The notes: generated from the sequence alone by a model not told the origin. A stretch of 32,000 nucleotides of DNA from Gemmata obscuriglobus (GCF_008065095.1 NZ_CP042911.1:6120001-6152000); one strand, 5' to 3'; positions 1 through 9,337 are shown, counted from the stretch's first letter. Program-made: numbers and translations.

Positions 1-2
1 AC

Positions 3-542
3 GGCACCCGCGGGTTCGCGAAAAAGGTCGGCCAGTTCTCGGTCATGATCGGCCTTCTGGTTGACGGGCTCCCCGTGGTGGGGGTCGTGGCCGAACCGGT
101 GCAGCAGCGGATCACGTTCGCACGGATCGGCGGCGGCTGCTGGCTCCAATTCGGTAACGAGGAGCCGACGCGCTGCCAGGTTTCGGCCCGCGCGTTCGAC
201 GAACTCGTGCTCGTGCAGAGCTGGGCGAAAACGGGCATGTCGCCGAAGCCGGTGCGTGCGCTGGCACCCAAAACGGTGATCGAGACGTATTCCGGCGGGG
301 TGAAGCTGGCGTGTGTGGCGCGTGGCGATGCCGACGTGTACGCGAATACCTACGGCACGTTCGCGGACTGGGACATTTGCGCCGGCCACCTGCTCGTGAC
401 CGAGGCCGGCGGCACGGTCACGTTCCTGAACGGCGCGCCTGTAACCTATCAGGCACCGGAGTTCAAACAAACGAACGGGCTGCTCGCCACAAACGGGCTC
501 GTCCACGCGCAAGCGGTCGCGGCTTTGAGCCGTGAATCGTGA
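3..542 (+). CDS. Inositol monophosphatase / CysQ (3'(2'),5'-bisphosphate nucleotidase) family protein, 5'-truncated by the window edge
   Basis: The frame is open from base 3 (GTRGFAKKVGQFSVMIGLLVDG...), so the Met at 45 is internal. The leading 'GTRGF' looks like the end of the IMPase DPIDGT motif, and 'WDICAGHLLVTEAGG' matches the family WD-x-AAG motif. Stop TGA at 540-542. Confidence 0.8.
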   Translation, partial: GTRGFAKKVGQFSVMIGLLVDGLPVVGVVAEPVQQRITFARIGGGCWLQFGNEEPTRCQVSARAFDELVLVQSWAKTGMSPKPVRALAPKTVIETYSGGVKLACVARGDADVYANTYGTFADWDICAGHLLVTEAGGTVTFLNGAPVTYQAPEFKQTNGLLATNGLVHAQAVAALSRES

Positions 543-812
543 GTTGTAACGGTAGAGCTTCGCCGCGGGGCACTCTCCTCGTGGCCCTTGGTCCTGCGCG
601 CGGGGTTCTTGGTCGTGGGGTGCTCCTCAACGCCGACTTTCGCACCGACCGCACCAGCCCCAACGAGCGCAGGTCGAAAGTCCTCGCGGGAGTTCAAAGT
701 CCGGTATGCCAGCGAGCCGATCACGGCCATTGACGAACAGTACGGTCAGCTCGTATTCCGGCCGCCATCCCGTTAGTGCTCGCCGCACCGAATCATCCGC
801 CGCAATTCGGCC

Positions 813-2186
813 TTATGGCCGCACATCGAAGCAGAGTACCTTTTCCTCATCGCGAACGTACAGCAGACCGTTCACCAGGGTCGGCGTGGCCCAGTTGTTG
901 TTCCCGGTCAGCACCTTCGGCAGCTTCGACACCAGTGTGTATTCCTTGGGATTTGCCTCCACCAAGCACAGGTCGCCCCGCGCGGTCTGCAGGATGAGGT
1001 GTTCACCCGCCAGAATCAGGCTCGCCTGCCCGATCTCGCGCGCCTCCCAGTCCGGTACCGATTTCCCGGTCATGAGCGTGACGCACTTCAGCCCGCCGCT
1101 GCCCTGGGTGCCGTCGATGCCGAAGAGGTGCTTGTCCTTGTACACGCTCGTCGCGTGGTGGTTCGCGAATCCGTTGCGACGCTGCTCGTACACCTTTACC
1201 AAGGTAACCTCGTCACCCCGGCGTTCGGCCCGTAGAAGCGCGCAGCCCATTTCGTACGCGGACGAGATGAACACGTACTCGCTGTCCACCACCAGGGGCG
1301 TCGCGATGTTCCCGCTGAACCGTGTGGCCCACTTGAACTCGCTCATCACCTTTCCGTCGGCAGCACGCACTGCGAGGAGAGCGTCACCCAAAAACGCGAA
1401 GATCACTTCAAGGCCGCCAATGCTGGCCGCGACCGGCGAACTGTATCCCGGCGGGTTAGAACCCGCCCGCCACTTCACCGCGCCACTCGCTCTATCAAAC
1501 GCGACGACCGCGGCCCCATTGCCGCCCGGTTGCACAACCACCATCTCGCCCAGAAGCAGCGGGGAACACGCAACACCCCACTGCGGCAGGTCCGCGTTGA
1601 ATTCGGTGATGAGATCGTGTTCCCAGCGCACCTGGGGCCGATCCCCCTCGATCTCAAGTGCGAGCAATTTGCCCGCGCCACCAACCGTAAATACCCAGCT
1701 CCCCGCGACCGTCGGCGTGGCGCGCGGGCCGATCGCATAGGTGCGGTCCTTACCGGCCTGCCCCGATGGGTACGTGTGTTCCCACACGAGCCGCCCGGTT
1801 TCGGCGTCCAGGCACACGACGCGCTCGTTCTCGCCCTGGCGGTCCTGAACGTACAACCGTCCCCCGACCACCGCACACGACCCGTACCCGCCGCCGATTG
1901 GCGTGCGCCACAGTTGTTTCGGAGGGCTCTTGTCCCAGTCGGTACGAAACGATCCGGCCGGCGCAACGCCCGCGTGCCCGGCCCCGCGCCACTGCGGATA
2001 GCCGGTCGCGGTGTCGGCGGGCTTGTGGTTCGTCAGGGCGGCGTTCGTGGCACGTTCAATCTCGGCCGGGTCTTCACTGTTCCGCGCGAACAACGATTGC
2101 ACCCAGGGGCTCCGAGCGGCGACAAACACGCCGACGGCGATGACTGCGGCCACGCCCGCGACGAGAAGGATCGCCCGTGCCTTCAT
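813..2186 (-). CDS. PQQ-type (BamB-like) beta-propeller repeat protein with N-terminal signal/anchor
   Basis: N-terminal hydrophobic segment MKARAILLVAGVAAVIAVGVFVAA. Repeated blades of the type 'GRLYVQDRQGENERVVCLDAETGRLVWEH' and 'LLYVRDEEKVLCFD'. GAGG lies upstream of the ATG at 2186. Confidence 0.85.
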   Translation of the reverse strand: MKARAILLVAGVAAVIAVGVFVAARSPWVQSLFARNSEDPAEIERATNAALTNHKPADTATGYPQWRGAGHAGVAPAGSFRTDWDKSPPKQLWRTPIGGGYGSCAVVGGRLYVQDRQGENERVVCLDAETGRLVWEHTYPSGQAGKDRTYAIGPRATPTVAGSWVFTVGGAGKLLALEIEGDRPQVRWEHDLITEFNADLPQWGVACSPLLLGEMVVVQPGGNGAAVVAFDRASGAVKWRAGSNPPGYSSPVAASIGGLEVIFAFLGDALLAVRAADGKVMSEFKWATRFSGNIATPLVVDSEYVFISSAYEMGCALLRAERRGDEVTLVKVYEQRRNGFANHHATSVYKDKHLFGIDGTQGSGGLKCVTLMTGKSVPDWEAREIGQASLILAGEHLILQTARGDLCLVEANPKEYTLVSKLPKVLTGNNNWATPTLVNGLLYVRDEEKVLCFDVRP

Positions 2187-2289
2187 GATAGTGCCTCAAT
2201 TGGGCGCAACGATGTGGAGCGCGTAACGCGTCAAACCATAGTACGCGTTTCGTCCGAGAGCACGTCTTTTGAGGCGAGGCACATCCGCA

Positions 2290-3591
2290 CTACTTCAGCG
2301 CCTTCAGGCTCTCGCCGGCCGCCGCGATCGTCTGCTCGATGTGTTCGTCGGTCATGGCGCCGCAGGTGAACGCGGCCTCGAACTGGCTGCACGGCAGGTA
2401 CACGCCGCGGTCCATCATCTCCCAGAAGAAGCGCCCGAACCGCTTCACGTCCGAGGTCTTGGCCGTGTCGAGGTCGGTCACCGGTGTGTCGGTGAAGAAC
2501 AGCGTCCACATGCTCCCGACGCGGTTGAACTGAACCGGCACCCGCGCGTGCTTGGCCGCTTCGAGGAGCCCGACGCCGATCCGGGCACTTTGGGCTTCGA
2601 GCCGCGCGTACGGCGGGTTCGTCTTCAACTCGGTCAGGGTCGCGATGCCGGCCGCCATCGCGACCGGGTTGCCCGAAAGCGTGCCCGCCTGGAACACCGG
2701 CCCCGCGGGCATCACCTTCCGCATCACGTCCGCGCGCCCGCCGTACGCACCGACGGGGTAACCGCCGCCGATGATCTTCCCGAAGCACGTCAGGTCCGGG
2801 GCGTCGCCGAGCAGTGCCTGCGCGCCGCCGTAGCCGAGCCGGAAGCCGGTCATCACCTCGTCGTAGATGAGCAGTGCGCCGTGCTGCCGGGTGAGCCGGC
2901 GGAGTTCCGCGCGGAACTCCGCCGTGGGCGGCACGAGCCCCATGTTCCCCACCACCGGTTCCAAAATCACGCCCGCGATCCGGTCCCCCTGCGCGGCGAA
3001 CAGTTCCGCCAGCGCGGCCACGTCGTTGTAGCGCAGCACGCTCGTATCCTGGGTGCAGCCCGCAGGCACACCGGGACTGTTCGGCACCCCGAGGGTCAGC
3101 GCGCTGGAACCGGCCGACACGAGCAGCGAATCGACGTGCCCGTGGTAGCACCCGGCGAACTTGACGATCCGGTCGCGCCCGGTGAACCCGCGGGCCAACC
3201 GGATGGCGCTCATCGTCGCCTCGGTGCCGCTGGACACGAAGCGCACCATTTCGACCGACGGGATCGCTTCGATCACGAGTTCCGCGAGCTGCGTTTCGAG
3301 TTCGCACGGTGCGCCGTAGCTCGACCCGTTCTTCAGCGCGGCGATGGTCGCGTCAACGACTTTCGGGTGACAGTGGCCGAGGATCATCGGCCCCCACGAG
3401 CCGATGAAGTCGAGGTAGCGGTTGCCGTCGAGGTCGTAGAGGAACGGCCCGTCGGCACGGGAAATGAAAAGCGGGCTGCCGCCCACGCCGCCGAACGCAC
3501 GGGCCGGACTGTTGACGCCACCGGGGATCACGGCTTTGGCGCGTTCGAAGGCCGCGGCGCTCGCGGGGCGGACGGTCGAGAGGTCGAGCAT
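2290..3591 (-). CDS. hemL: Glutamate-1-semialdehyde 2,1-aminomutase
   Basis: 433 aa with HemL-typical blocks: 'FERAKAVIPGGVNSPARAF', 'DFIGSWGPMILGH', 'LIYDEVMTGFR' and the PLP-lysine context 'CFGKIIGGGYPVGAYGG'. Confidence 0.95.
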   Translation of the reverse strand: MLDLSTVRPASAAAFERAKAVIPGGVNSPARAFGGVGGSPLFISRADGPFLYDLDGNRYLDFIGSWGPMILGHCHPKVVDATIAALKNGSSYGAPCELETQLAELVIEAIPSVEMVRFVSSGTEATMSAIRLARGFTGRDRIVKFAGCYHGHVDSLLVSAGSSALTLGVPNSPGVPAGCTQDTSVLRYNDVAALAELFAAQGDRIAGVILEPVVGNMGLVPPTAEFRAELRRLTRQHGALLIYDEVMTGFRLGYGGAQALLGDAPDLTCFGKIIGGGYPVGAYGGRADVMRKVMPAGPVFQAGTLSGNPVAMAAGIATLTELKTNPPYARLEAQSARIGVGLLEAAKHARVPVQFNRVGSMWTLFFTDTPVTDLDTAKTSDVKRFGRFFWEMMDRGVYLPCSQFEAAFTCGAMTDEHIEQTIAAAGESLKALK

Positions 3592-3872
3592 TGTCTCTAT
3601 TTGTTCTCAGGTTCACAGGTGCGATGTTACCGCCGCACCGGACGGCAACACGAAACCACAGATGCGGTCGGTGATCGTGCCGGGCACACCGAGGCGAAGT
3701 CAACAGATCCGGGCACGATGACCAACCAAGCACGCCTCATTCACGGTCCGGCTGGTTGTGCCTGTACTTGTGGCAGAGACAGGAATGTCTGTGACACAAG
3801 ACCAAAAGCCAAAGCAGGCACTGACAACCGAAGCGCAAATCATACACGTGCCCGATGGTCGTGTCGCTTTTG

Positions 3873-3939
3873 TTGACGAGCCGCGACCGCCAGGGAGCGG
3901 TGCCACGTATCCCGCTCCCTGGCGGTCGCGGCTCGTCAA
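3873..3939. repeat. Perfect 28-bp inverted repeat (11-nt loop), GC-rich palindromic element / possible terminator downstream of the kinase gene
   Basis: 3873-3900 (ttgacgagccgcgaccgccagggagcgg) is the exact reverse complement of 3912-3939. It lies 60 nt past the kinase stop on the minus strand, and no U-tract follows on either strand. Confidence 0.9.
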
Positions 3940-3998
3940 GAAAGCGGCAGTATTACCGGGTACGTGTATCGGGCCAACGAGCGCGAGGGAATGAGCAG

Positions 3999-5972
3999 TC
4001 AGGACCGTTTCGGTATCGATTCCAGAACTTGTGTGGCGCGCCGAACGGCGTCCTTGACCGGCTGCTGCGAGTCGTCGTCGTACAGCTCAGTGATCTCGCG
4101 GCACCGGGTGCGCACGACGCGCTCGTGTACCGCGCGGTCGGCGCTGTCTGGATCGGACGCGATCTGCCGAACGGTGCGTTCGGTCGCGTCCAGCCACGCG
4201 TTGATGTTGTCGACCCGCACCTTGACCGGATCCGGAGGCGGCGCCGGTCGGCCGAGCCGCAACTGGCACCCGATGAGGTACCAGGCCCGGCTCTCGGCTT
4301 CCTTCTCGGTCATGGTGACCAAGGCGTCGGTGGTCCGCGCCGCCTTCTCCGGGTCCGGGATGCGCTGGAGCCGCAGCGCCCGCAGCGCGAGCGACTCCGG
4401 GCTGGCCGGGTCGAACTTCATCGGCTGGTCGTAGAGCTGGCTGTTCTTGAGCTTCTCGTGCAGCTTGCGCAACTCCCCCTCGGCGGCCCGGATGTCCGCG
4501 ACCCGCTTGTCCGCGACCCAGCCCCAGCGGGCCTTGGCCAGCACCTGTTTGTCGGCCGTGTACGGCAGCTTCGCCTCTTCCGGGAACCGCGCCTTCACCT
4601 TGCCCCACAGCCCTTCGGCGCGCGGGAGGTCACCGTCCTTCTCGGCGTCGATGGCGAGCATGGCGTGCTCGAACGCCTCTGGGTCGTCACCGTCGGCCGG
4701 TTTCCGGAGGGCACGCGACTCGTTCCGGTTCGTCAGTTGGCGCTCGCGGTCGCGGACGGTAGCGCTGCGGAAGATCGCCGCGGCCCGGTCCGCCAGTTCG
4801 CCGCCCTGTGCGCCGTGCGCGTCGAGGAACCGCGAGGCCGCCTCGGCCCGCTCCGCCGGCTCGCTCGTCTTCTCGATCGCCGCGAACAGCTTCTCCGGCG
4901 ACGCCGGCCGCAGGGCCGCGTACGCCCCGAGCCCGAGGACGAGCAGCACCAGCCCCAGGCCGACCGCGTGCACCCATTTCTGCTCAGGCAGCGGGACGGC
5001 CTTCTTTTTCTTCTTGCGCTTACCACGGAGCGCGCGGGCGGCGGCCTTATCGGTCGCGTCCATCCGGTCCCCGGACTGGTTCACCGGCACGGCGGTGCGT
5101 GCCTGCGCCACCGACAGCCCGGCGCTCTTGCGCGCGAACGCGTCCTCTTCGATCTCCGTCAGCATCCGCGCCACCCACGCCGCGTCCACCGGGCGGCTCT
5201 CCTTATCTTTCTCCAGCAGTTGCAGAATGAGCGACTCGAACTTCGGCGGCAGTTCGTTCACCAGCTTCCCGATCCGCGGCGACTTCTCGTTGACGTGCTT
5301 CAGGAACATCTCGACCGTGGTTTCTGCTACGAACGGCTTGCGCCCGGTGAGCAGCTCGAAGAACACGATGCCGAGCGAGTACAGGTCCGACTTGTTGCTG
5401 AGGTTGCGGTCCCCCCGGCACTGCTCCGGGGACATGTACGCGGCGGTGCCGATCGTGCTGTTCGCGCCGGTGAGGGCGGTCACGTCGGTGTCCTTGGCGA
5501 TCCCGAAGTCGGTGAGCTTCAGCGTGCCGTCCCGCGTGATCATCAGGTTGGACGGCTTCAGGTCGCGGTGGATGATGCCCTTGTCGTGGGCGTACTGGAG
5601 GGCCTCGCTGAGCTGCTTGCCGTACGCCACGACCTCTTCCCACCCGAGCTTGCCGCGGCGCGACAGGATGCGGTCGAGGGCCTCCCCGTCGATGAACTCC
5701 ATCGCGATGTACGGGTTCGACTTGTTGATCTTCCCGTGCGCGATGAGGCGGACGATGTGGGGGTGTTTGAGCTGTTTGAGGATGTTGGCCTCGCGCTCGA
5801 AGCGGGCCATCGCGCCCTCGTTGCCGAGGAGGCCGAGGGCGACCACCTTGAGCGCCACCGGGACGATCTTCTCCTCGCTGCGGTGGAACTTCGCCTTGTA
5901 GACGGTTCCCATCGCACCGCTGCCGAGTTCTTTCTCGACCTCGAACGGCCCGATCTGCTGACCGACCAGCAT
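3999..5972 (-). CDS. Transmembrane Ser/Thr protein kinase (Hanks type) with large C-terminal extracytoplasmic helical domain
   Basis: Hanks kinase motifs GSGAMGTVYKA, VALKVV, HRDLKPSNLM, DFGIAKD and GTAAYMSPEQ. The Lys run RGKRKKKKKA is followed by the TM helix WVHAVGLGLVLLVLGLGAYAAL, then about 310 aa of helical/TPR-like sequence. Confidence 0.95.
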   Translation of the reverse strand: MLVGQQIGPFEVEKELGSGAMGTVYKAKFHRSEEKIVPVALKVVALGLLGNEGAMARFEREANILKQLKHPHIVRLIAHGKINKSNPYIAMEFIDGEALDRILSRRGKLGWEEVVAYGKQLSEALQYAHDKGIIHRDLKPSNLMITRDGTLKLTDFGIAKDTDVTALTGANSTIGTAAYMSPEQCRGDRNLSNKSDLYSLGIVFFELLTGRKPFVAETTVEMFLKHVNEKSPRIGKLVNELPPKFESLILQLLEKDKESRPVDAAWVARMLTEIEEDAFARKSAGLSVAQARTAVPVNQSGDRMDATDKAAARALRGKRKKKKKAVPLPEQKWVHAVGLGLVLLVLGLGAYAALRPASPEKLFAAIEKTSEPAERAEAASRFLDAHGAQGGELADRAAAIFRSATVRDRERQLTNRNESRALRKPADGDDPEAFEHAMLAIDAEKDGDLPRAEGLWGKVKARFPEEAKLPYTADKQVLAKARWGWVADKRVADIRAAEGELRKLHEKLKNSQLYDQPMKFDPASPESLALRALRLQRIPDPEKAARTTDALVTMTEKEAESRAWYLIGCQLRLGRPAPPPDPVKVRVDNINAWLDATERTVRQIASDPDSADRAVHERVVRTRCREITELYDDDSQQPVKDAVRRATQVLESIPKRS

Positions 5973-6035
5973 GACAGTACCCCTCAGGCGCCCGCGCGTG
6001 GAGAGGCGTATTGTACCAAAGTCGGGCGAGCGGCG

Positions 6036-6575
6036 TTACTTCTTCTGTCCCGGTTCGGACCGCGGGACCAGTTTGAGGGCCACCGAGTTTAAGCAATATC
6101 GGAGCCCGTGCGGGGGCGGCCCGTCCGGGAACACGTGCCCGAGGTGCGCGTCGCACCGGCTGCACAGGATCTCCGTGCGCACCATGAAGTGGCTGCGGTC
6201 CGTCCGGGTGCTGACGTGTTCGTCGGCGACCGGTTCCGCGAAGCTGGGCCAGCCGGTGCCCGAGTCGAACTTGCTGAGCGAGTCGAACAGCGGTTGGTCG
6301 CAGCACACGCACACGTAGACGCCGTTGTCCTTGGTGTTCCAGTACGCACCCGTGCAGGCGCGTTCGGTGCCGTGTTCGCGCGTCACCCGGTACTGTTCGG
6401 GGGTGAGTTGCGCCCGCCACTCCGCTTCCGTCTTCACCACCTTTTCGCCGCCCATCGGAACCCCCTCACGCTCCGGAACCGGCGCGGGGGCGACCCCGGG
6501 CCGGAACGCCAGAGCGGCATAAACGATCAGGGCGACAGCGCCCAGCCCCACGAACAATTTGAGCCGCGGTTTCAT
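6036..6575 (-). CDS. msrB: Peptide-methionine (R)-S-oxide reductase MsrB with N-terminal signal/anchor
   Basis: SelR/MsrB signatures: '[13 protein letters not shown]', 'GTGWPSF', '[16 protein letters not shown]' and 'RYCLNS'. The N-terminus [24 protein letters not shown] is hydrophobic. Confidence 0.93.
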   Translation of the reverse strand: MKPRLKLFVGLGAVALIVYAALAFRPGVAPAPVPEREGVPMGGEKVVKTEAEWRAQLTPEQYRVTREHGTERACTGAYWNTKDNGVYVCVCCDQPLFDSLSKFDSGTGWPSFAEPVADEHVSTRTDRSHFMVRTEILCSRCDAHLGHVFPDGPPPHGLRYCLNSVALKLVPRSEPGQKK

Positions 6576-6605
6576 AGCGGTTGGATGCGGCGGGCGCCCC
6601 GTCGG

Positions 6606-6899
6606 TTACTTGCGCTGGATCTTTTTCGGCCCGGTGCCCGTCGTCCGCTCGTAGGTGCCGTTGTCGGTCTTCACGTACTTGGTGAAGCCCTTGGCGGCGA
6701 GGTTGCTGTCGGACATGGCGGCCTTGCCGTGGGCGTCCGTCCAGGCGCGGGGGGTGTTGGCCTCGGCGAACACCCGGCGCACGGCCGCACCGGTTTCGGG
6801 GTGCGCGGTGAGGGCCGCGTCGGCCATCTTCTGAAGCACCTCGAACCGCTCGCCGCCGGTCCCGTCGGCGAGCACCACCTCGTACACGTACAGCGGCAT
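6606..6899 (-). CDS. Small FmdB-like protein lacking all four zinc-ribbon cysteines (hypothetical)
   Basis: GGAGG Shine-Dalgarno upstream of the ATG at 6899. The N-terminus 'MPLYVYEVVLADGTGGERFEVLQKMADAALTAHPETGAAVRRV' parallels the FmdB/CxxC_CxxC_SSSS pattern MP-x-YEY-x-C-xx-CG-x-FE...L-x-CP-x-CG, but the Cys positions carry V, A, H and T. Confidence 0.6.
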   Translation of the reverse strand: MPLYVYEVVLADGTGGERFEVLQKMADAALTAHPETGAAVRRVFAEANTPRAWTDAHGKAAMSDSNLAAKGFTKYVKTDNGTYERTTGTGPKKIQRK

Positions 6900-6910
6900 A
6901 CGTCCTCCGA

Positions 6911-6992
6911 GTCACAGGTCGGCAGGTCCCAAGTCCCAAGCCGAACGGCGTGGCCTTCTTGACTGGGGACTTGGGACCTGCCGACCTGTGAC
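6911..6992. repeat. Perfect 27-bp inverted repeat (28-nt loop) filling the intercistronic gap
   Basis: 6911-6937 (gtcacaggtcggcaggtcccaagtccc) is the exact reverse complement of 6966-6992. On the minus strand it starts 8 nt after the TAG of the upstream gene (7000-7002) and ends 2 nt before the SD of the 6606-6899 gene. Confidence 0.9.
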
Positions 6993-6999
6993 AACTATT

Positions 7000-7947
7000 C
7001 TACCCCTTCGCTAGCTCGGCGCGAACGGTTTCGAGCAGCTTCTTGGTGGCCTTGATGCCGTCGGCCTCGCTCAGCTTGCCGCCCTCGTACTCGATCCCGA
7101 CGAAGCCGCTGTACTTGTGCTTCTTCAGCACGATCTCGAGCATTTTGCGGTAGTCGGTGTGGGTCTCGTTGCCCTTGTCGTCGAAGTCGTGCGACTTGGC
7201 CGACACGCCCTTCGCGAACGGCATCAGTTCGTCCACGCCCTTGTACCGGTCGTAGGCGGTCTCCTTCACGCCTTCGATCTTGCCGATGTTGAAGTTGCCG
7301 AAGTCGGGCAGGGTGCCGCACCGCTTGTGGTCCACCAGCTTCATCACCCCGGCCAGCCACCCGCCGTGGCTGGACAACCCGCCGTGGTTCTCCACGATGG
7401 TGTTGATGCCCAGCGTGTCGGTGAACTCGGCCAGCTTCCGCAGCCCGTCGGCGGCGAGCTTCTGGGTCTCGGCGAACCCCTTCTTCCAGTCGCTGGCGGC
7501 GTTCACGCGGATGCTGTGGCACCCGAGGAACTTGGCCCACTCGGCCCACCGCTTGTGGTTCTCGACCGCCTGGAGCCGGCCCTTCTCGTCCGGGTTGCCC
7601 AGGTTGCCCTCGCCGTCGCACATGATGAGGACGCTGGTCACCTTGTTGTCGTCCGCGACCTTCTTGAGGTCGGTGAGGTACGCGCCGTCCTTCTTCTTGT
7701 CCGCGTAGAACTGGTTGACGTACTCGATCGCGGTGATGCCGTACTGCTTCGCGCTGATCTCGGCGAACTTGAGCGGGTCGAGCTTGTCGCCGCCCTTCGC
7801 GCGGAACGCGCGGTGCAGCGACCACTGCGCGAGCGAGATCTTGAACAGGTCGGCGGGCTCGGCGGCGGCGGCGAGCCGGGGCAGGAGTGCGGCGCCGGTG
7901 GCGGCGGCGGACGCGGCGAGGAAGTCGCGACGCGAGAACGAACGCAT
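7000..7947 (-). CDS. Tat-exported sugar phosphate isomerase/epimerase (xylose isomerase-like TIM barrel) family protein
   Basis: Twin-arginine signal [22 protein letters not shown]. The body has TIM-barrel family blocks ([34 protein letters not shown]). I moved the start from the track's 8211 to ATG 7947, which has GGAG upstream and avoids overlap with the gene ending at 8078. Confidence 0.85.
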   Translation of the reverse strand: MRSFSRRDFLAASAAATGAALLPRLAAAAEPADLFKISLAQWSLHRAFRAKGGDKLDPLKFAEISAKQYGITAIEYVNQFYADKKKDGAYLTDLKKVADDNKVTSVLIMCDGEGNLGNPDEKGRLQAVENHKRWAEWAKFLGCHSIRVNAASDWKKGFAETQKLAADGLRKLAEFTDTLGINTIVENHGGLSSHGGWLAGVMKLVDHKRCGTLPDFGNFNIGKIEGVKETAYDRYKGVDELMPFAKGVSAKSHDFDDKGNETHTDYRKMLEIVLKKHKYSGFVGIEYEGGKLSEADGIKATKKLLETVRAELAKG

Positions 7948-8077
7948 GGGAAGCGCTCCGAAGAGAGGGTGCGAGACGAGGGGATTGTATGCGCCGCGGC
8001 GCCGTGTCCGCCCGGCGTCTCCGAAATCCGTTTGGGCCGACTGGCGCAACCCGCACATTCCCGAAAAACCGAGCTCT

Positions 8078-9320
8078 TTACTGATACCGCTTCCGCAGCG
8101 CGTCCAGTTCTTGAATCTTCTTTTGCGATTCGAGCGCGGCGAACAGCAGTTGCTTCGCGTCGGCGCTGAGTACATCAATGTGCAGCGCCCGAAGGGCGAA
8201 CCGCTCCGCATCGACCGGGCGGTTGGCGTTGGCGTGGAGCTTCGCGAGGCGTAAGCACAACTGGATGTCGTCCGGGTTCACCACCGTCTGCTCCGCCAAC
8301 ACCGCGGCGAGTTGGTCGGGCTTTTTGGCAACGTCGTAGACGCGCGCGAGCTGGTCGAGCCAGTCCGCCTCACCCGGCGCGGCCGTGCGCCCCTGTTCGT
8401 AGCGGGCCGCGGCGCGGTCGTAGTCCTTCTGCTCGAAGTGCAGCTTCCCGAGTTCGAGCAGCACACGCGAGTCGCCCGGGTGCGTTCCGGCCGCGTCTTC
8501 AAGCACCGCCCGCGCGCCGGCATCGTCCTTCCCACGTTTCAGAATGCGTGCCAGCACAACGGCCGCGCCGGGGTGCCCCTTCTCTTTCGCCCGGACGGCC
8601 TCGACGAGCGCTTTCGCATCGTTGGCGCGGTCGCGGCGCAGGTACTCGCCGGCCAGCCGAGCCGCGAGATCGGGGTCTCCGGGCGCCTTCTTGTGCGCCG
8701 CCTCGAGTTCGGCGAACGTCATCGGGGGGTCCGTGCGCCGCGGGGCGGTCTCGCGCACAACCTCGCCCAGGAACTTGCGGTAGCCGGCCTCGAACACGGG
8801 CCGCTCGACGCCCAGCGCGGTCTTGAGCGCGGCGTCGGTGCCCGCCCCGGTCTTGAAAGCGTCGAGCAGTTTCGCGACGCCACGTTCGCCGTGCGACTTC
8901 GCGATCCACTCGACGTACAGCAGCCCCTGGTAGTACGCGAGCATCACGTCCGCGGGCTGGTTGAACCGCTTGTACGCGCGGGAAATGGTGTCGAGATCGA
9001 AGACGGTGCCCGCGGCCAACCGGTCGCGCAGCAGCGGCGCCACCTGGCCGAACCGTTTGGTGTTCTCGGCGCGAACGGCCAGCCCCTCCGTGAGCCACAC
9101 CGGCGCGCGGTGCTCGGTTTGAAGGAGGTTGAAGGCGTGGGTCAGTTCGTGCCGGACGACGACGGCCCAGTTGTAGGCCCGCGCCCCACCGTCGGCCCGC
9201 GGGGACGGGAGCGCGATGAGCGGGCCGGTACACGCCCCCTGCACCGCCCCGGGCAGGCCGGGTAGCATCGCGATCCGCCCGCTGAAGATTTGCCGCCGGG
9301 CGAACACCTCCACCAGAATC
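8078..9320 (-). pseudogene. C-terminal fragment of an IS-disrupted TPR + HExxH (peptidase MA-like) protein gene
   Basis: Contains 'WAVVVRHELTHAFNLL...WLTEGLAVRAE' (HExxH...E) followed by TPR-like helices. The apparent GTG start at 9313 is an in-frame continuation of the 10578-12129 fragment once the IS is removed. Confidence 0.8.
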
Positions 9321-9337
9321 CAGTAGTTTCAAGTTGG
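9321..9337. repeat. IS left terminal inverted repeat
   Basis: cagtagtttcaagttgg, the exact reverse complement of 10561-10577. Confidence 0.9.

Noticed and set aside
3855-6092. 745-aa plus-strand ORF, and similar giants: 2269-3876 (+), 12835-15714 (-), 16071-17471 (-), 24503-25933 (-), 706-1740 (+), 7117-8169 (+), 10624-12039 (+)
   Set aside because: Each lies opposite or out of frame to a gene with unmistakable family motifs (kinase, hemL, DUF1549/1501, EF-hand, FG-GAP, propeller, TIM barrel, TPR). Their translations are R/A/G/P/V-rich low-complexity strings, which is typical of stop-poor shadow frames in GC-rich DNA.
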